DNA of 41,263 bases from positions 1 through 41,263 of IMG/VR virus record IMGVR_UViG_3300011013_000003. One strand, written 5' to 3'. Under the pieces are notes generated by a model. The model ran no database searches. It was not told the origin of the DNA and saw only the letters and a program-made list of their open reading frames with translations. The position numbers and the translations under genes were made by a program. This document shows, piece by piece, positions 32,462 to 41,263 of this stretch. Origin of the DNA: a virus. Numbering within the stretch: the first letter of the stretch is position 1; the number at the start of each line of letters is the position of its first letter.

Positions 32462-33805
32462 ATGGCTAATGAACTAAAATTTTTCCAGGAAGTAGGACGA
32501 GATTTCCTAGCTTCCAAAACGCGTGCTTTACTCGCGGACCAGATGAGATTGGGTAAAACTCCCCAAGCTATTACGGCCTGCGATAAAGTTAACGCGAGTA
32601 AAATTCTAGTTGCCTGTCCCGCTATTGCCCGGCCAGTGTGGAGAGAACATTTTAAAGAATGGTCACCTAGAAATAGGACCATACAAACTTTATTAAAACC
32701 CGGTCAGTATGTAGAATCAGAAAATACAATAGTGATCGCTTCCTATGATTATATTAGGACCAATAAGGATGATTTAACAAAAGAAAGATGGGATGTTTTA
32801 ATCCCGGATGAATCTCACTTTTTAAAATCGATTAGTGCACAACGTACTAAAGCTATCTTTGCTAAAGGTGGTTTAGGTTGGTTTTCTGATAGAATATGGT
32901 GCCTCTCAGGAACCCCAGCGCCTAATAATGCAAGTGAGTTATGGCCAATATTAACAGCTTATGGATTAATTAAGATGAGCTATTATAATTTCATCAGTTA
33001 TTTCTGTACGCTTAATGGAGATGGTAAGCCTGTGGGTACTCGTGCAGACCATGTTGGCGAACTTCGTGCTATACTAAAGAAATTTATATTAAGAAGATTG
33101 AAAAAAGAGGTAGCTCCAGAATTGCCAGAATGTAGCCTAGAAAAAGTACCCGTAGAATCCAGTACTGAATTTTTAGATTTAATCAGACCGATTGAATGTG
33201 ATGATATGCTTGCTACGGCCTTACAGCAAGAAAAGGATTTGAAGTTAGCATTAGATAAATTACCAGCGAACCAGCACGCACAATACCTAGCCCTTAATGC
33301 TGGTAATTACGTGACATTGCGCCGAGTTAATGCTACATTAAAAACGCCGGCTGTATTTAATACAATTAAATTTGAAATAGAAAATAATTTAGTTGACAAG
33401 CTCGTTATCTTTTGTTATCATCGTGAACCTATAAAGCTGTTAGGAAGTTTATTACCAGCTAAAGGAATTAAAACAGGTGTATTGTATGGTGGTACTCCAG
33501 AAAAGAAACGAGAGGCAGCACTTAAAGCGTTTAGAAGGCCGACTAAAGAAGGTGGTTCAAGAGTTCTTGTTTGCCAAATACTCGCTGCAGGTACAGCCAT
33601 TGATTTATCAGTGGCCTGCGAGGGAATCGCTCTCGAAGAAGATTGGGTACCAGGTAACAATGCCCAAGCCTTTGAAAGAATGGGCGGATATAAGCAAACT
33701 AATCCCATTACCATAAGGAAAGTTTACTTGCCAAACAGTATTGACTTAGATGTTAGCGAAACATTAAGTCGTAAAGAAAGAGAACTGAGTTCTATATTTG
33801 ATTAA
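32462..33805 (+). CDS. SNF2-family (superfamily 2) helicase/ATPase
   Basis: Motif I DQMRLGKT, motif II LIPDESHFLK, motif III LSGTPAPN, and C-terminal lobe motifs ILAAGTAIDL and QAFERMGG. Confidence 0.85.
   Translation: MANELKFFQEVGRDFLASKTRALLADQMRLGKTPQAITACDKVNASKILVACPAIARPVWREHFKEWSPRNRTIQTLLKPGQYVESENTIVIASYDYIRTNKDDLTKERWDVLIPDESHFLKSISAQRTKAIFAKGGLGWFSDRIWCLSGTPAPNNASELWPILTAYGLIKMSYYNFISYFCTLNGDGKPVGTRADHVGELRAILKKFILRRLKKEVAPELPECSLEKVPVESSTEFLDLIRPIECDDMLATALQQEKDLKLALDKLPANQHAQYLALNAGNYVTLRRVNATLKTPAVFNTIKFEIENNLVDKLVIFCYHREPIKLLGSLLPAKGIKTGVLYGGTPEKKREAALKAFRRPTKEGGSRVLVCQILAAGTAIDLSVACEGIALEEDWVPGNNAQAFERMGGYKQTNPITIRKVYLPNSIDLDVSETLSRKERELSSIFD
33393..33421 (+). promoter_or_regulatory. 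Sigma70-like promoter TTGACA-17-TATCAT inside the SNF2 CDS
   Basis: TTGACA at 33393-33398, a 17-nt spacer, then TATCAT at 33416-33421. Confidence 0.3.
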
Positions 33806-33819
33806 TTGGAGAACAAAAT

Positions 33820-34341
33820 ATGAGTATTAAAGTTACATTTGAATGTGATACAGTTGAAGAAGCTATCGTTTTACTAGGTAAGCACGTGGATGAACAAAAC
33901 CCACCTGTCGTTACGACAACTAAGCCAGGACCTGCCGCAGGTGCGGCTGATGACGCAAATAAAACTGTTGCTAAATTAGCGCCAGCTAAAGCAGCTCAAG
34001 TATTGATTGATGAGCACAATTTAAATGTAGCAGACATTACCGGGACGGGTAAAGGAGGACGTATTACTAAAGGTGATGTAGAAAAATATTTCAAAAGCAT
34101 AGCACCTGAACCTGTGGACCCTGTGAAAAAAGAATCAGGTTCTGAAGAAGGTGGTGAGTCTGAAGTAACCATTGACGTAGTACGAGATAAGCTGAAAGAA
34201 CTTAATGGTGCTAAAGACATGGATACGTGTTTAAAAGTACTAAGTCATTTTGGTGTTAAGCGAGTCAGTGATTTAGAAGTTGACCAGTATCAAAAATTTA
34301 TTGATAAGTGTAATGATGTGATTAATGGTGGTAAAGTGTGA
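33820..34341 (+). CDS. Protein with an E2-type peripheral-subunit (E3)-binding domain motif
   Basis: AKAAQVLIDEHNLNVADITGTGKGGRITKGDVEKYF matches the canonical E3-binding signature (GTGxxGRIxxxDV). It is preceded by a Pro/Ala-rich linker-like tract, PPVVTTTKPGPAAGAAD. Confidence 0.55.
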   Translation: MSIKVTFECDTVEEAIVLLGKHVDEQNPPVVTTTKPGPAAGAADDANKTVAKLAPAKAAQVLIDEHNLNVADITGTGKGGRITKGDVEKYFKSIAPEPVDPVKKESGSEEGGESEVTIDVVRDKLKELNGAKDMDTCLKVLSHFGVKRVSDLEVDQYQKFIDKCNDVINGGKV

Positions 34342-34715
34342 GCAAAGATTTATCTACAGAAATAGCTATAATCCTGGAAGAAGTAGTGCAGGAATTTATT
34401 TCTGCTCAAAAGCAGCACCCTCACTGGCCTGACGATTTGATACATGGTGCTACCATATTAGCAGAAGAATCTGGTGAAGTTGTTAAGGCAGCACTGCAGT
34501 ACACTTATGAACCTCATACAGCACTGCAGTACACTTATGAACCTCATACAGCACTGCAGTACACTTATGAACCTCATAAAGGCACAAACCTATATGACTT
34601 AGAAAAAGAGTTGATTCAAACGGCAGCAATGGCTATACGTAATCTAGTTCACATAAGGTTGAATCACATTGCAGTTAAGCCAGATAACGGAGAAGTAGTA
34701 AATGACTTTACCTAA
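34338..34715 (+). CDS. MazG-like nucleotide pyrophosphohydrolase-fold protein with an internal triplicated decapeptide
   Basis: LAEESGEVVKAAL (EExGE metal-binding helix) and LEKELIQTAAMAIRNL (second helix). Three copies of ALQYTYEPH(T/K) lie between them. Confidence 0.55.
   Translation: MSKDLSTEIAIILEEVVQEFISAQKQHPHWPDDLIHGATILAEESGEVVKAALQYTYEPHTALQYTYEPHTALQYTYEPHKGTNLYDLEKELIQTAAMAIRNLVHIRLNHIAVKPDNGEVVNDFT
34491..34580. repeat. Three tandem copies of a 30-bp unit
   Basis: gcactgcagtacacttatgaacctcataca occurs at 34491-34520 and 34521-34550 (identical) and at 34551-34580 (one change, c to a at 34579). The repeat is in frame. Confidence 0.95.
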
Positions 34716-35895
34716 GCCAGAGCAAAATTCTACACACGCAAAGTTATCTGCTTCGAGTGCACACCGCTGGTCGGTGTGTACAGGAAGCGTAGCTTTAAGT
34801 GAACACGTACCTAACACTACGTCAGAATACGCAGCGCAGGGTACATTTGCACATCACATTGCAGCAGAATGTTTACTTGACCCTACAAAATATCAACCAA
34901 GTAATTGGTTAGGTGAAGTAGAAGTTATAGATGGATATTCTATTACATGTGACCAGGAAATGGTTGATGCAGTAGAAGACTATTTAAGATTAGTTCGACA
35001 ACACATAACATCTGATGATGATATTCTTTTAGTCGAAACTGATTTTACACCTGAGTTAATTAAACTGCATCCTGATTTTGGAGGTAGCTCTGATGCCATT
35101 GTTATTTCCAGGAAAACAAAAACGATTTATGTATTCGATTTAAAATACGGTGCAGGTATAAAGGTAGATGTCTATGACAACATTCAATTAAAATATTATG
35201 CATTAGGTGCACTCCTGGCTTCTAAAGCTAATGTTGATACTGTTGTCATAGGTGTTATTCAACCAAGGTTAAGTTTAGAAGGCGATGCACTAAGTACATT
35301 TGAATTTGATGCAGTGGACCTAATAGACTTCTCTGCAGATTTAATCGATGCAGCTAATGAAACAGCAGATTTTGATGCGCCATTAGTTCCAGGAGATAAG
35401 CAATGTCAGTGGTGCCCGGTAGCAGATTGCCCTGCACTTAAAGCAAAACAGGACCAGTTAATGACACAAGAATTTGAAATAGTAAATCAAGAATTATCTG
35501 ATGATACATTAGGTAAAGCGCTTGATATAATACCTTTAGTTGAAGCACGCATTAAACAGTTACGTGAATTGGCTTATCAAAATGGATTGAAGGGTAGCCC
35601 TCCTCCAGGATATAAAATAGTTGATAAGATTGCTCGTCGTAAATGGAAGAGTGCTGAAGATGCTGAAACTAAATATGAAATTTTATTAGGCAGTGATGCA
35701 TTCACTGAACCTAAGCTAAAGACTCCGCCTCAGATAGAAAAAATTTTATCTAAGGCAGATAAAAAATCTCTCGAAGAAGATGTTGAAAAGAAATCAAGTG
35801 GTTTCACATTAGTACATGAGAGTGACAAAAGGCAACCGGCTTTGCTGGCTGCTCCCGATGACTTTGATATAGTGGAGAACAAAGAAGATGAGTAA
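34702..35895 (+). CDS. PD-(D/E)XK nuclease, Cas4/RecB-like (DUF2800-type)
   Basis: SDAIV...VFDLKYG (D...D/ExK), QLKYYAL (QxxxY), and a four-Cys set (C in RWSVCTGS plus CQWCPVADC) typical of Cas4-like Fe-S nucleases. Confidence 0.75.
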   Translation: MTLPKPEQNSTHAKLSASSAHRWSVCTGSVALSEHVPNTTSEYAAQGTFAHHIAAECLLDPTKYQPSNWLGEVEVIDGYSITCDQEMVDAVEDYLRLVRQHITSDDDILLVETDFTPELIKLHPDFGGSSDAIVISRKTKTIYVFDLKYGAGIKVDVYDNIQLKYYALGALLASKANVDTVVIGVIQPRLSLEGDALSTFEFDAVDLIDFSADLIDAANETADFDAPLVPGDKQCQWCPVADCPALKAKQDQLMTQEFEIVNQELSDDTLGKALDIIPLVEARIKQLRELAYQNGLKGSPPPGYKIVDKIARRKWKSAEDAETKYEILLGSDAFTEPKLKTPPQIEKILSKADKKSLEEDVEKKSSGFTLVHESDKRQPALLAAPDDFDIVENKEDE

Positions 35896-36490
35896 AATTC
35901 GTTTAGAAAATGTTCGCCTTACCTTTCCTAACTTGTTTGAAGCTCAACAAGTCAATGGCCAAGGTACAGCGAAATTCAGTGCAGCATTTTTATTTGGTGC
36001 AGAACATCCTGCCACTGCTGTTGTTAAGAAAGCTTTAACAGAAGTAGCAAAAGAAAAATGGGGCGCTAAAGCAGCAGAAGTTTATAAGGGTTTAAAAGCT
36101 GCGGACCGTTTATGTTTACATGATGGTGCAAGTAAAACTCAGTATGAGGGTTATGAAGGTAATTTATTTGTTAACTCAACAAATGAACTTCGACCTACCG
36201 TACTTGATGGTAACCGTAATCCATTAGTAGCTGCAGATGGTAAACCGTATAGTGGTTGTTATGTTAATGCAGTCATTGAAGTATGGGCACAAGACAATAA
36301 GTTTGGTAAACGTCTTAATGCTTCATTACTTGGTGTACAATTTCACGCTGATGGTGAGCGTCTAGCAGGTGGTTCTGTTGCATCTGAAGATGACTTTGAA
36401 GAAATCCCTGATGCAGGTGGTGATGGTGCAGCTGACGTATTTGGTGATGAAGCTGATTCTGGTTCTGCTGAAGAAGACCCCTTTGAATAA
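35888..36490 (+). CDS. ssDNA-binding protein (DUF2815-type)
   Basis: N-terminus IRLENVRLTFPNLFE and an acidic C-terminal tail ending EEDPFE. Sits between the nuclease and the polymerase, as in known modules. Confidence 0.65.
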   Translation: MSKIRLENVRLTFPNLFEAQQVNGQGTAKFSAAFLFGAEHPATAVVKKALTEVAKEKWGAKAAEVYKGLKAADRLCLHDGASKTQYEGYEGNLFVNSTNELRPTVLDGNRNPLVAADGKPYSGCYVNAVIEVWAQDNKFGKRLNASLLGVQFHADGERLAGGSVASEDDFEEIPDAGGDGAADVFGDEADSGSAEEDPFE

Positions 36491-36524
36491 ATAAAAGTTT
36501 TCATGTAGTACTCCTCCCCTTTTT

Positions 36525-36550
36525 CCCGCCTCTAGTAGGCGGGATTTTTT
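36525..36550 (+). terminator. Rho-independent terminator
   Basis: cccgcc (36525-36530) pairs with ggcggg (36538-36543) around a 7-nt loop, followed by aTTTTTT (36544-36550). Confidence 0.75.
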
Positions 36551-36565
36551 ATAATAAAGGAAGAT

Positions 36566-38671
36566 ATGAAAGACGAATTATTCACTGACTTTGAAACATT
36601 CAGCACGTTAGACCTTCGCAAAAAAGGTTTATGGAATTATGTTATAAGCCCAGGTACTGGAGTCTTATGTTTATCCTATGCTTTTGATGATGACCCTGCT
36701 GGTATAGTTTACTTTGATGAGGACCTATACCCGGATGATATGTATGCATTAAAGAAAATGTTTGAACATGTCAAAGCCGGTAAAACTTTTATAGCACATA
36801 ATGCTTCCTTCGAATTAGCCATATGGAATTTATTATTTCATAAAAGATGTAAATGGCCGAAGTTAAATCCAGAACAAGTAATCTGTACAATGGCAGAGTG
36901 CTACGCCATGAACCTGCCTGGTTCGTTAGAGAACGCTGCAGCTGCATTAGGCTTACGTTTATCTAAAGACACCGATGGTAAAGCTTTAATGCTACGTATG
37001 TGTAAGCCAATAAATAATAGTAAATTAATTTCAGGTGAAGATAATGCCCCATTATGGTATCACGATTCTGATTCATTTACTTTTATGGGTAAGAAGATAT
37101 CAGGTGCAGAAGCAGTAAAAAGATTAGGACAATATTGTGCACAGGATACAGAAGTAGAACGGGCTATCCATAGGCGCACTTTACCCTTGTCTGCCCATGA
37201 AAGAAAAGTATGGGCAATGGATTACAAGATTAATCAAAGAGGGGTTCTATTTGACCCCGATGCTGTTAAAGGTGCATTAGCAATTAGAGATGAAACAACT
37301 GAATATTTAAATAATGAAATGAATAAATTAACTGATGGACATGTAGCTAAGTGTTCTTCAATAGCTGCCCTTAAAGATTGGGTTGCAGATTTCGGTGTGA
37401 TTAAAGACAGTTTATCAAAGGACGTAATAGTAGAAATAATAGAAAATGATGAGACTAACATCGAAAGAATTAAATTGCCTGAAGAGGTCAGGCGTGCTCT
37501 CGAACTTAGGAGAGAAGCGGGTCGCGCAACAAGTGTTTCTAAACTCGCAACAATTGGACTCCAATCCGATAAGAAAGGACGAGTCCATAATATGTTCCAG
37601 TACCATGGAGCCGGCACAGGACGGTGGGCAGGAAGAGGTGTCCAGCCTCACAACTTCACAAGAGACTTACCAAAACCTGAAGTGGTTGAGGAAATTATTA
37701 AATATGTTAAAGAGGGCAAAGCATCTACCATTGATATGCTTTATGGTCCACCATTAACTACTATCTCTAAATTATTACGAGGCTTTATAACAGCAGGTGA
37801 AGGACGGTCTTTTATTGGAGGGGATTATTCTAATGTTGAAGGTAGAGGTTTAGCCTGGCTTGCTGGTGAACAATGGAAACTTGATGCCTTTGAAGAGTAT
37901 GATAATGGTACGGGTCCTGATTTATACAAATTAGCTTATGCTAATACATTTCATGTTGATGTAAATTCTATTACTGATGAGCAAAGACAAGTCGGTAAGG
38001 TTGAAGAATTGGCATTAGGTTATGCTGGTGGTGTGGGCGCCTTCCGCCAAATGGGTGGTGATAGTTTAGAACTAACTGATGAACAGATAGATGGTATTAA
38101 AAATGGTTGGAGAGATGCACACCTTAATATAAAAGCATATTGGAAAGAGTTACAAAAAGCTGCGATAGCTGCAGTGCTTCACAAAGGTTCAACTTACGAA
38201 GCCGGTTCACCAGGTAGACAAGTTAAATTTAAAACAGCAGGTTCTTTTTTGTGGTGTTTACTTCCAAGTGGTCGCGCTTTGTGCTATCCTTATCCTCAAA
38301 TTAGACATGGAGATTATGGTCCATATTTAACGTATAAGATTGCACCATCACAAGATGATTTTAAAAAAGGTAGAATCATTGACGACCCAACTAATACAAG
38401 ACAATGGGCTCGTGTTAGTACATATGGGGGTAAACTATCTGAAAATATAACACAAGCTATCTGTAGAGATTTATTAGCAAACGCCATGCTGAACCTTCAA
38501 GACGCAGGTTATCTAATCGTTTTACATGTGCATGATGAAAGTGTAGAGGAAGGAAATTTTACAGAAGATGATAGAATAAAGGTTGAAACTATAATGAACA
38601 CTGTACCCAGATGGGCTAAAGACTTTCCTCTAAAAGCAAAATGTTGGTTGAATAAGAGGTATATAAAATAA
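36566..38671 (+). CDS. Family A DNA polymerase with a 3'-5' exonuclease domain
   Basis: Exo I DFETFS, Exo II HNASFELAIW, Exo III YCAQDTEV. Pol motif A GGDYSNVEGR, motif B RQVGKVEELALGYAGG, motif C LHVHDES. Confidence 0.9.
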   Translation: MKDELFTDFETFSTLDLRKKGLWNYVISPGTGVLCLSYAFDDDPAGIVYFDEDLYPDDMYALKKMFEHVKAGKTFIAHNASFELAIWNLLFHKRCKWPKLNPEQVICTMAECYAMNLPGSLENAAAALGLRLSKDTDGKALMLRMCKPINNSKLISGEDNAPLWYHDSDSFTFMGKKISGAEAVKRLGQYCAQDTEVERAIHRRTLPLSAHERKVWAMDYKINQRGVLFDPDAVKGALAIRDETTEYLNNEMNKLTDGHVAKCSSIAALKDWVADFGVIKDSLSKDVIVEIIENDETNIERIKLPEEVRRALELRREAGRATSVSKLATIGLQSDKKGRVHNMFQYHGAGTGRWAGRGVQPHNFTRDLPKPEVVEEIIKYVKEGKASTIDMLYGPPLTTISKLLRGFITAGEGRSFIGGDYSNVEGRGLAWLAGEQWKLDAFEEYDNGTGPDLYKLAYANTFHVDVNSITDEQRQVGKVEELALGYAGGVGAFRQMGGDSLELTDEQIDGIKNGWRDAHLNIKAYWKELQKAAIAAVLHKGSTYEAGSPGRQVKFKTAGSFLWCLLPSGRALCYPYPQIRHGDYGPYLTYKIAPSQDDFKKGRIIDDPTNTRQWARVSTYGGKLSENITQAICRDLLANAMLNLQDAGYLIVLHVHDESVEEGNFTEDDRIKVETIMNTVPRWAKDFPLKAKCWLNKRYIK

Positions 38672-38877
38672 TGGCTGAAGTCAGAGTTAAAGTAGGACGA
38701 GATGAAAGAGTACACTTCATGAACCCGGCTGAAGAACAACGCTTTGTAATAGCAAAGTTAAAAGCAGCTGGTGTACCTTTCGAAGGTGAAGCATTATTAG
38801 TTGGGTTAGGCAGTGGAACTTTAGCGATTACACATAATCGATTTGAAGATTCTTTTCTTTACATTTACAAAGGATAA
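38671..38877 (+). CDS. Hypothetical 68-aa protein
   Basis: ORF track. TAATG overlap with the polymerase stop. Confidence 0.55.
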   Translation: MAEVRVKVGRDERVHFMNPAEEQRFVIAKLKAAGVPFEGEALLVGLGSGTLAITHNRFEDSFLYIYKG

Positions 38878-38883
38878 AATATT

Positions 38884-39108
38884 ATGGCAATAACAGCAAG
38901 AGTAGAAGAAACTAAATCTCCAAAATACAGAGGCCCTGAAGTTGATGCACCTTATGCCCTTTATGTAGAATGCGGAGAGCGAGCTTTCTATGTCGACTTC
39001 GATAGTAAAGAAGATTTTCCTTCAGCTCTAACTAAGGCTGGGGTAGCATTATATAATGCAGCTAACCCAGACCATAAGCCCGTCATAGTAGACACCTCTA
39101 AAAATTAA
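38884..39108 (+). CDS. Hypothetical 74-aa protein
   Basis: ORF track. Confidence 0.55.
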   Translation: MAITARVEETKSPKYRGPEVDAPYALYVECGERAFYVDFDSKEDFPSALTKAGVALYNAANPDHKPVIVDTSKN

Positions 39109-39124
39109 AAATATTGGATTTAAC

Positions 39125-39337
39125 ATGGGGGATATAGTCGACAAGGCTGAACACGCGTCTAATGCTTTCTTTAATGAAGCATTAAATAACAAAGCCGAAG
39201 AAGCCCCAGAACATACTGGAGAATGTTTCAATTGTGGCGAGCCATTAGCTGCGCCAATGAGATGGTGTGACACAGACTGCAGAGATGATTGGGAAAAAAT
39301 AAATAATAAATATATAACTCATTATGTCGAAGACTGA
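39125..39337 (+). CDS. C4 zinc-finger protein (TraR/DksA-like arrangement)
   Basis: CFNCGEPLAAPMRWCDTDC gives a CxxC-x10-CxxxC arrangement, close to the C-terminal part of the protein. Confidence 0.5.
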   Translation: MGDIVDKAEHASNAFFNEALNNKAEEAPEHTGECFNCGEPLAAPMRWCDTDCRDDWEKINNKYITHYVED

Positions 39338-41180
39338 CTATGCAAAAGACCTGATACAACGTGGCTTTAAAGTATTCCCTGTAGCAGCGAATGCTAAAGT
39401 CCCACCTGTGTTTAAAGGTTGGCAAGATAAATCAGAAGAGTGTGCTGCGTTTGTTAATTCGTGGTGGGCTGTTGACGATTTTAATATAGGTATCCACTGT
39501 AAAGATTTAATTGTTCTTGATATAGATGTAAAGAATGATGGTCCTAATTCGTTAACCGAACTGGAGGAAGAATATGGTTTACCAAATACGCTTGAATTTA
39601 GAACTGCCACAGGTGGCAGGCATATTATTTACTCGCACCCTGGAGGTGTTAAGAACTCCGTTGGCGAGATTGGGTCTGGTATCGATGTACGTTCAAACAA
39701 GGGATATGTCGTCGCACCAGGTAGCAAGGTTCCAGGAGGAAGTTACAGCATCCTTAATGACGAGCCAATCGCGGAAGCACCTGATTGGTTAGTTAGCTTA
39801 TGCAAGCCTGTAAGAGAAGTCGAGAAACTTCCAGATTATGGAAGTTACACCAACCAATCTATTGCTACGACTCGTGCAGTAGAGTACCTACGACAAGCTC
39901 CAGTAGCCATTGAAGGTGAGGGTGGAGATGCTAAAACATTTGCTACCATTTGTAGAGTACGAGATTTAGGAGTCGATGTTGACAACGCATTAGATGTTTT
40001 ATCATATTGGAATGATAGATGTGAACCACCCTGGGGCATAAACGAACTAAGAGATAAAATAATTAATGCTTATAAGTATGCACAAAATTCTGCAGGCTCT
40101 GATTCAGTTGAAGCCATGTTTGACATTGTTCAGGAAAATGAAGCGTCCATTAATAATGAACAACCTGAATTATTGAACGACGATGAAATCTATACACCTG
40201 ATGATGTTGAATTAACATCTGTACTTAATACAAAATACATTGTTAAAGGATGGTTAGATAGAGATTCACAAGCGTTATTGTTTGGCCATTGGGGTGCAGG
40301 TAAAACTTTTATATCATTACATATGGCAGCACACATTGTATCAGGTGATGATTGGTTCGGCAGTCGAGTTAATAATGGCGGCGTATTATACTATGGCTAT
40401 GAAGGTGCAACCGCTATGCGCAGACGCGTCTATGCACTTAGAAAAGAATATCCCGATTGGGATTTTGAACAGTTTAAAATTAAACCTATGCGCTGGCCTC
40501 TCGTAAAAAGAAATTCAGAAGGTGCAAGAACCATAGGTCAAAAACATTTTGAACGTGCATTAAAAATATTTAAACAGGATACCGGTGAGTATCCTTCTTT
40601 AATTGTTATTGACCCACTTCGAAATGCATTAGGTGGTTCGGATTCTGACCCGGAATTGACTTCGCCCTACTTAGCTTACCTCCAGGAAATAACTAAAAAA
40701 TACGGTTGTGCTACCATGACAATACATCATCCAGGTCATGGTGATGCAGAACGAGGCCGAGGTGATTCTGGTATTGAAGGTCATATGGATACTGTCATTA
40801 AAGTTGATGGTGTGCGAGGTTTAATTGAAACACGCAAACAGCGCGATGACCCAGCAAGTAATTTATTCTATAGATTAAAAGTAGTTGAGATAGGGCAGGA
40901 TGAAGATGGCGATACGCGAACTACCTGTGTCGTTGAACCCGTTGCAATGAACGAACTGGACCCTGGCCTGACCAATGAGCAACAATCAATCTACGATAAG
41001 CTCAAAGAAATTGCAGGTCCTAAAGGATTGATAACTAAATCTCAATTTAGTAGAGCAGCCCAGGGAATAAAAACCGCAGTTAAAACTGAGATATTTGATA
41101 TACTTATTCAGAAGCGATACCTAATCGCAGACGGTAAACAATGGCGAGTAGGTGCAGGTGCAGCGGAGATGTTTTCATGA
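39324..41180 (+). CDS. Bifunctional primase-polymerase (prim-pol) fused to a RecA/RepA-like helicase ATPase
   Basis: Prim-pol motifs GFKVFPV..NAKVP..GWQD, LIVLDIDVKN, TGGRHIIY and DVRSNKGYVVAPGS. Walker A LFGHWGAGKT and Walker B-like LIVIDPL in the C-terminal half. Confidence 0.85.
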   Translation: MSKTDYAKDLIQRGFKVFPVAANAKVPPVFKGWQDKSEECAAFVNSWWAVDDFNIGIHCKDLIVLDIDVKNDGPNSLTELEEEYGLPNTLEFRTATGGRHIIYSHPGGVKNSVGEIGSGIDVRSNKGYVVAPGSKVPGGSYSILNDEPIAEAPDWLVSLCKPVREVEKLPDYGSYTNQSIATTRAVEYLRQAPVAIEGEGGDAKTFATICRVRDLGVDVDNALDVLSYWNDRCEPPWGINELRDKIINAYKYAQNSAGSDSVEAMFDIVQENEASINNEQPELLNDDEIYTPDDVELTSVLNTKYIVKGWLDRDSQALLFGHWGAGKTFISLHMAAHIVSGDDWFGSRVNNGGVLYYGYEGATAMRRRVYALRKEYPDWDFEQFKIKPMRWPLVKRNSEGARTIGQKHFERALKIFKQDTGEYPSLIVIDPLRNALGGSDSDPELTSPYLAYLQEITKKYGCATMTIHHPGHGDAERGRGDSGIEGHMDTVIKVDGVRGLIETRKQRDDPASNLFYRLKVVEIGQDEDGDTRTTCVVEPVAMNELDPGLTNEQQSIYDKLKEIAGPKGLITKSQFSRAAQGIKTAVKTEIFDILIQKRYLIADGKQWRVGAGAAEMFS

Positions 41181-41263
41181 TTGACTTTTTAAAATCTTTA
41201 TTATGTTTGATAGGTTTGCACAATAATCCTATATTTAAATATCAATATTATGAAGAAGAAGTA
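41141..41263. repeat. Terminal direct repeat, copy 2 (identical to 1..123)
   Basis: Same 123-nt string as 1..123. Implies a circular or permuted assembly, or DTRs. Unique genome length is about 41140 bp. Confidence 0.95.

Noticed and set aside
31088-34715. A Z-genome (2-aminoadenine) or other known base-replacement pathway suggested by the diphosphohydrolase-like and MazG-like genes.
   Set aside because: No PurZ-like adenylosuccinate synthetase homolog, DatZ-type HD phosphohydrolase or other dedicated synthase is recognisable. The suggestion is kept only as an open question in the findings.
37234-37757. ORFs of 127, 78 and 103 aa overlapping the DNA polymerase gene.
   Set aside because: The polymerase frame carries all Exo and Pol motifs. 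The overlapping frames have no signals and implausible composition.
1-41263. CRISPR arrays, rRNA genes, transposases or IS elements.
   Set aside because: There are no regularly spaced repeat-spacer structures. The only tandem repeats are the 27-bp-period trio, the 30-bp triplication and the PA-tract repeat. There are no transposase motifs and no rRNA-like conserved stretches.

Overview
The window is one complete, visibly AT-rich phage genome of about 41.1 kb. Its first 123 nt are identical to its last 123 nt, so it is either a circular or circularly permuted assembly, or it has direct terminal repeats. Coding is dense and forms two divergent arms that meet at about 24.9 kb.

Minus-strand arm (24900 down to 1345):
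- Small and large terminase, portal, scaffold and major capsid.
- A tail and internal-core block in T7 gene order: tubular A/B-like, three or four internal virion proteins, and a tail fiber.
- Three tandem paralogous fiber-associated genes.
- An atypical lysis region with a lipoprotein, an alpha/beta-hydrolase and a holin-like protein.
- A separately promoted trio next to the integrase: an HTH-metallophosphoesterase, a secreted HExxH peptidase and an SLT transglycosylase.

Plus-strand arm (24948 to 41180, continuing across the junction to 1353):
- About 25 small early ORFs of unknown function, including a paralog pair and an SPFH protein.
- A RuvC-like resolvase and nucleotide-pool enzymes (deoxyribosyltransferase-like, dNTP-diphosphohydrolase-N-like, MazG-like).
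- An SNF2 helicase and a protein carrying an E2-type E3-binding motif.
- A Cas4-like PD-(D/E)XK nuclease, a DUF2815-type SSB, a family A DNA polymerase and a prim-pol/RecA-like helicase.
- A tyrosine integrase at the end of the arm.

I found no tRNA, rRNA, CRISPR array, phage RNA polymerase, reverse transcriptase, or recognisable CI/Cro or excisionase.

Observations most worth follow-up:
- The autonomous phosphoesterase/peptidase/SLT module, with consensus sigma70 promoters embedded in a terminator hairpin and inside a CDS.
- The triplicated fiber-tip-like genes.
- A 300-nt noncoding control region whose promoter is bracketed by ATAGATAGAAA repeats.
- A candidate -1 frameshift site (T TTA AAA) that would explain a start-less open frame.
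- A GC-rich nested palindrome between the terminase genes.
- A stand-alone E3-binding-domain protein.
- A perfect 30-bp in-frame triplication in the MazG-like gene.

All family assignments come from motif recognition by eye. No database search was run.
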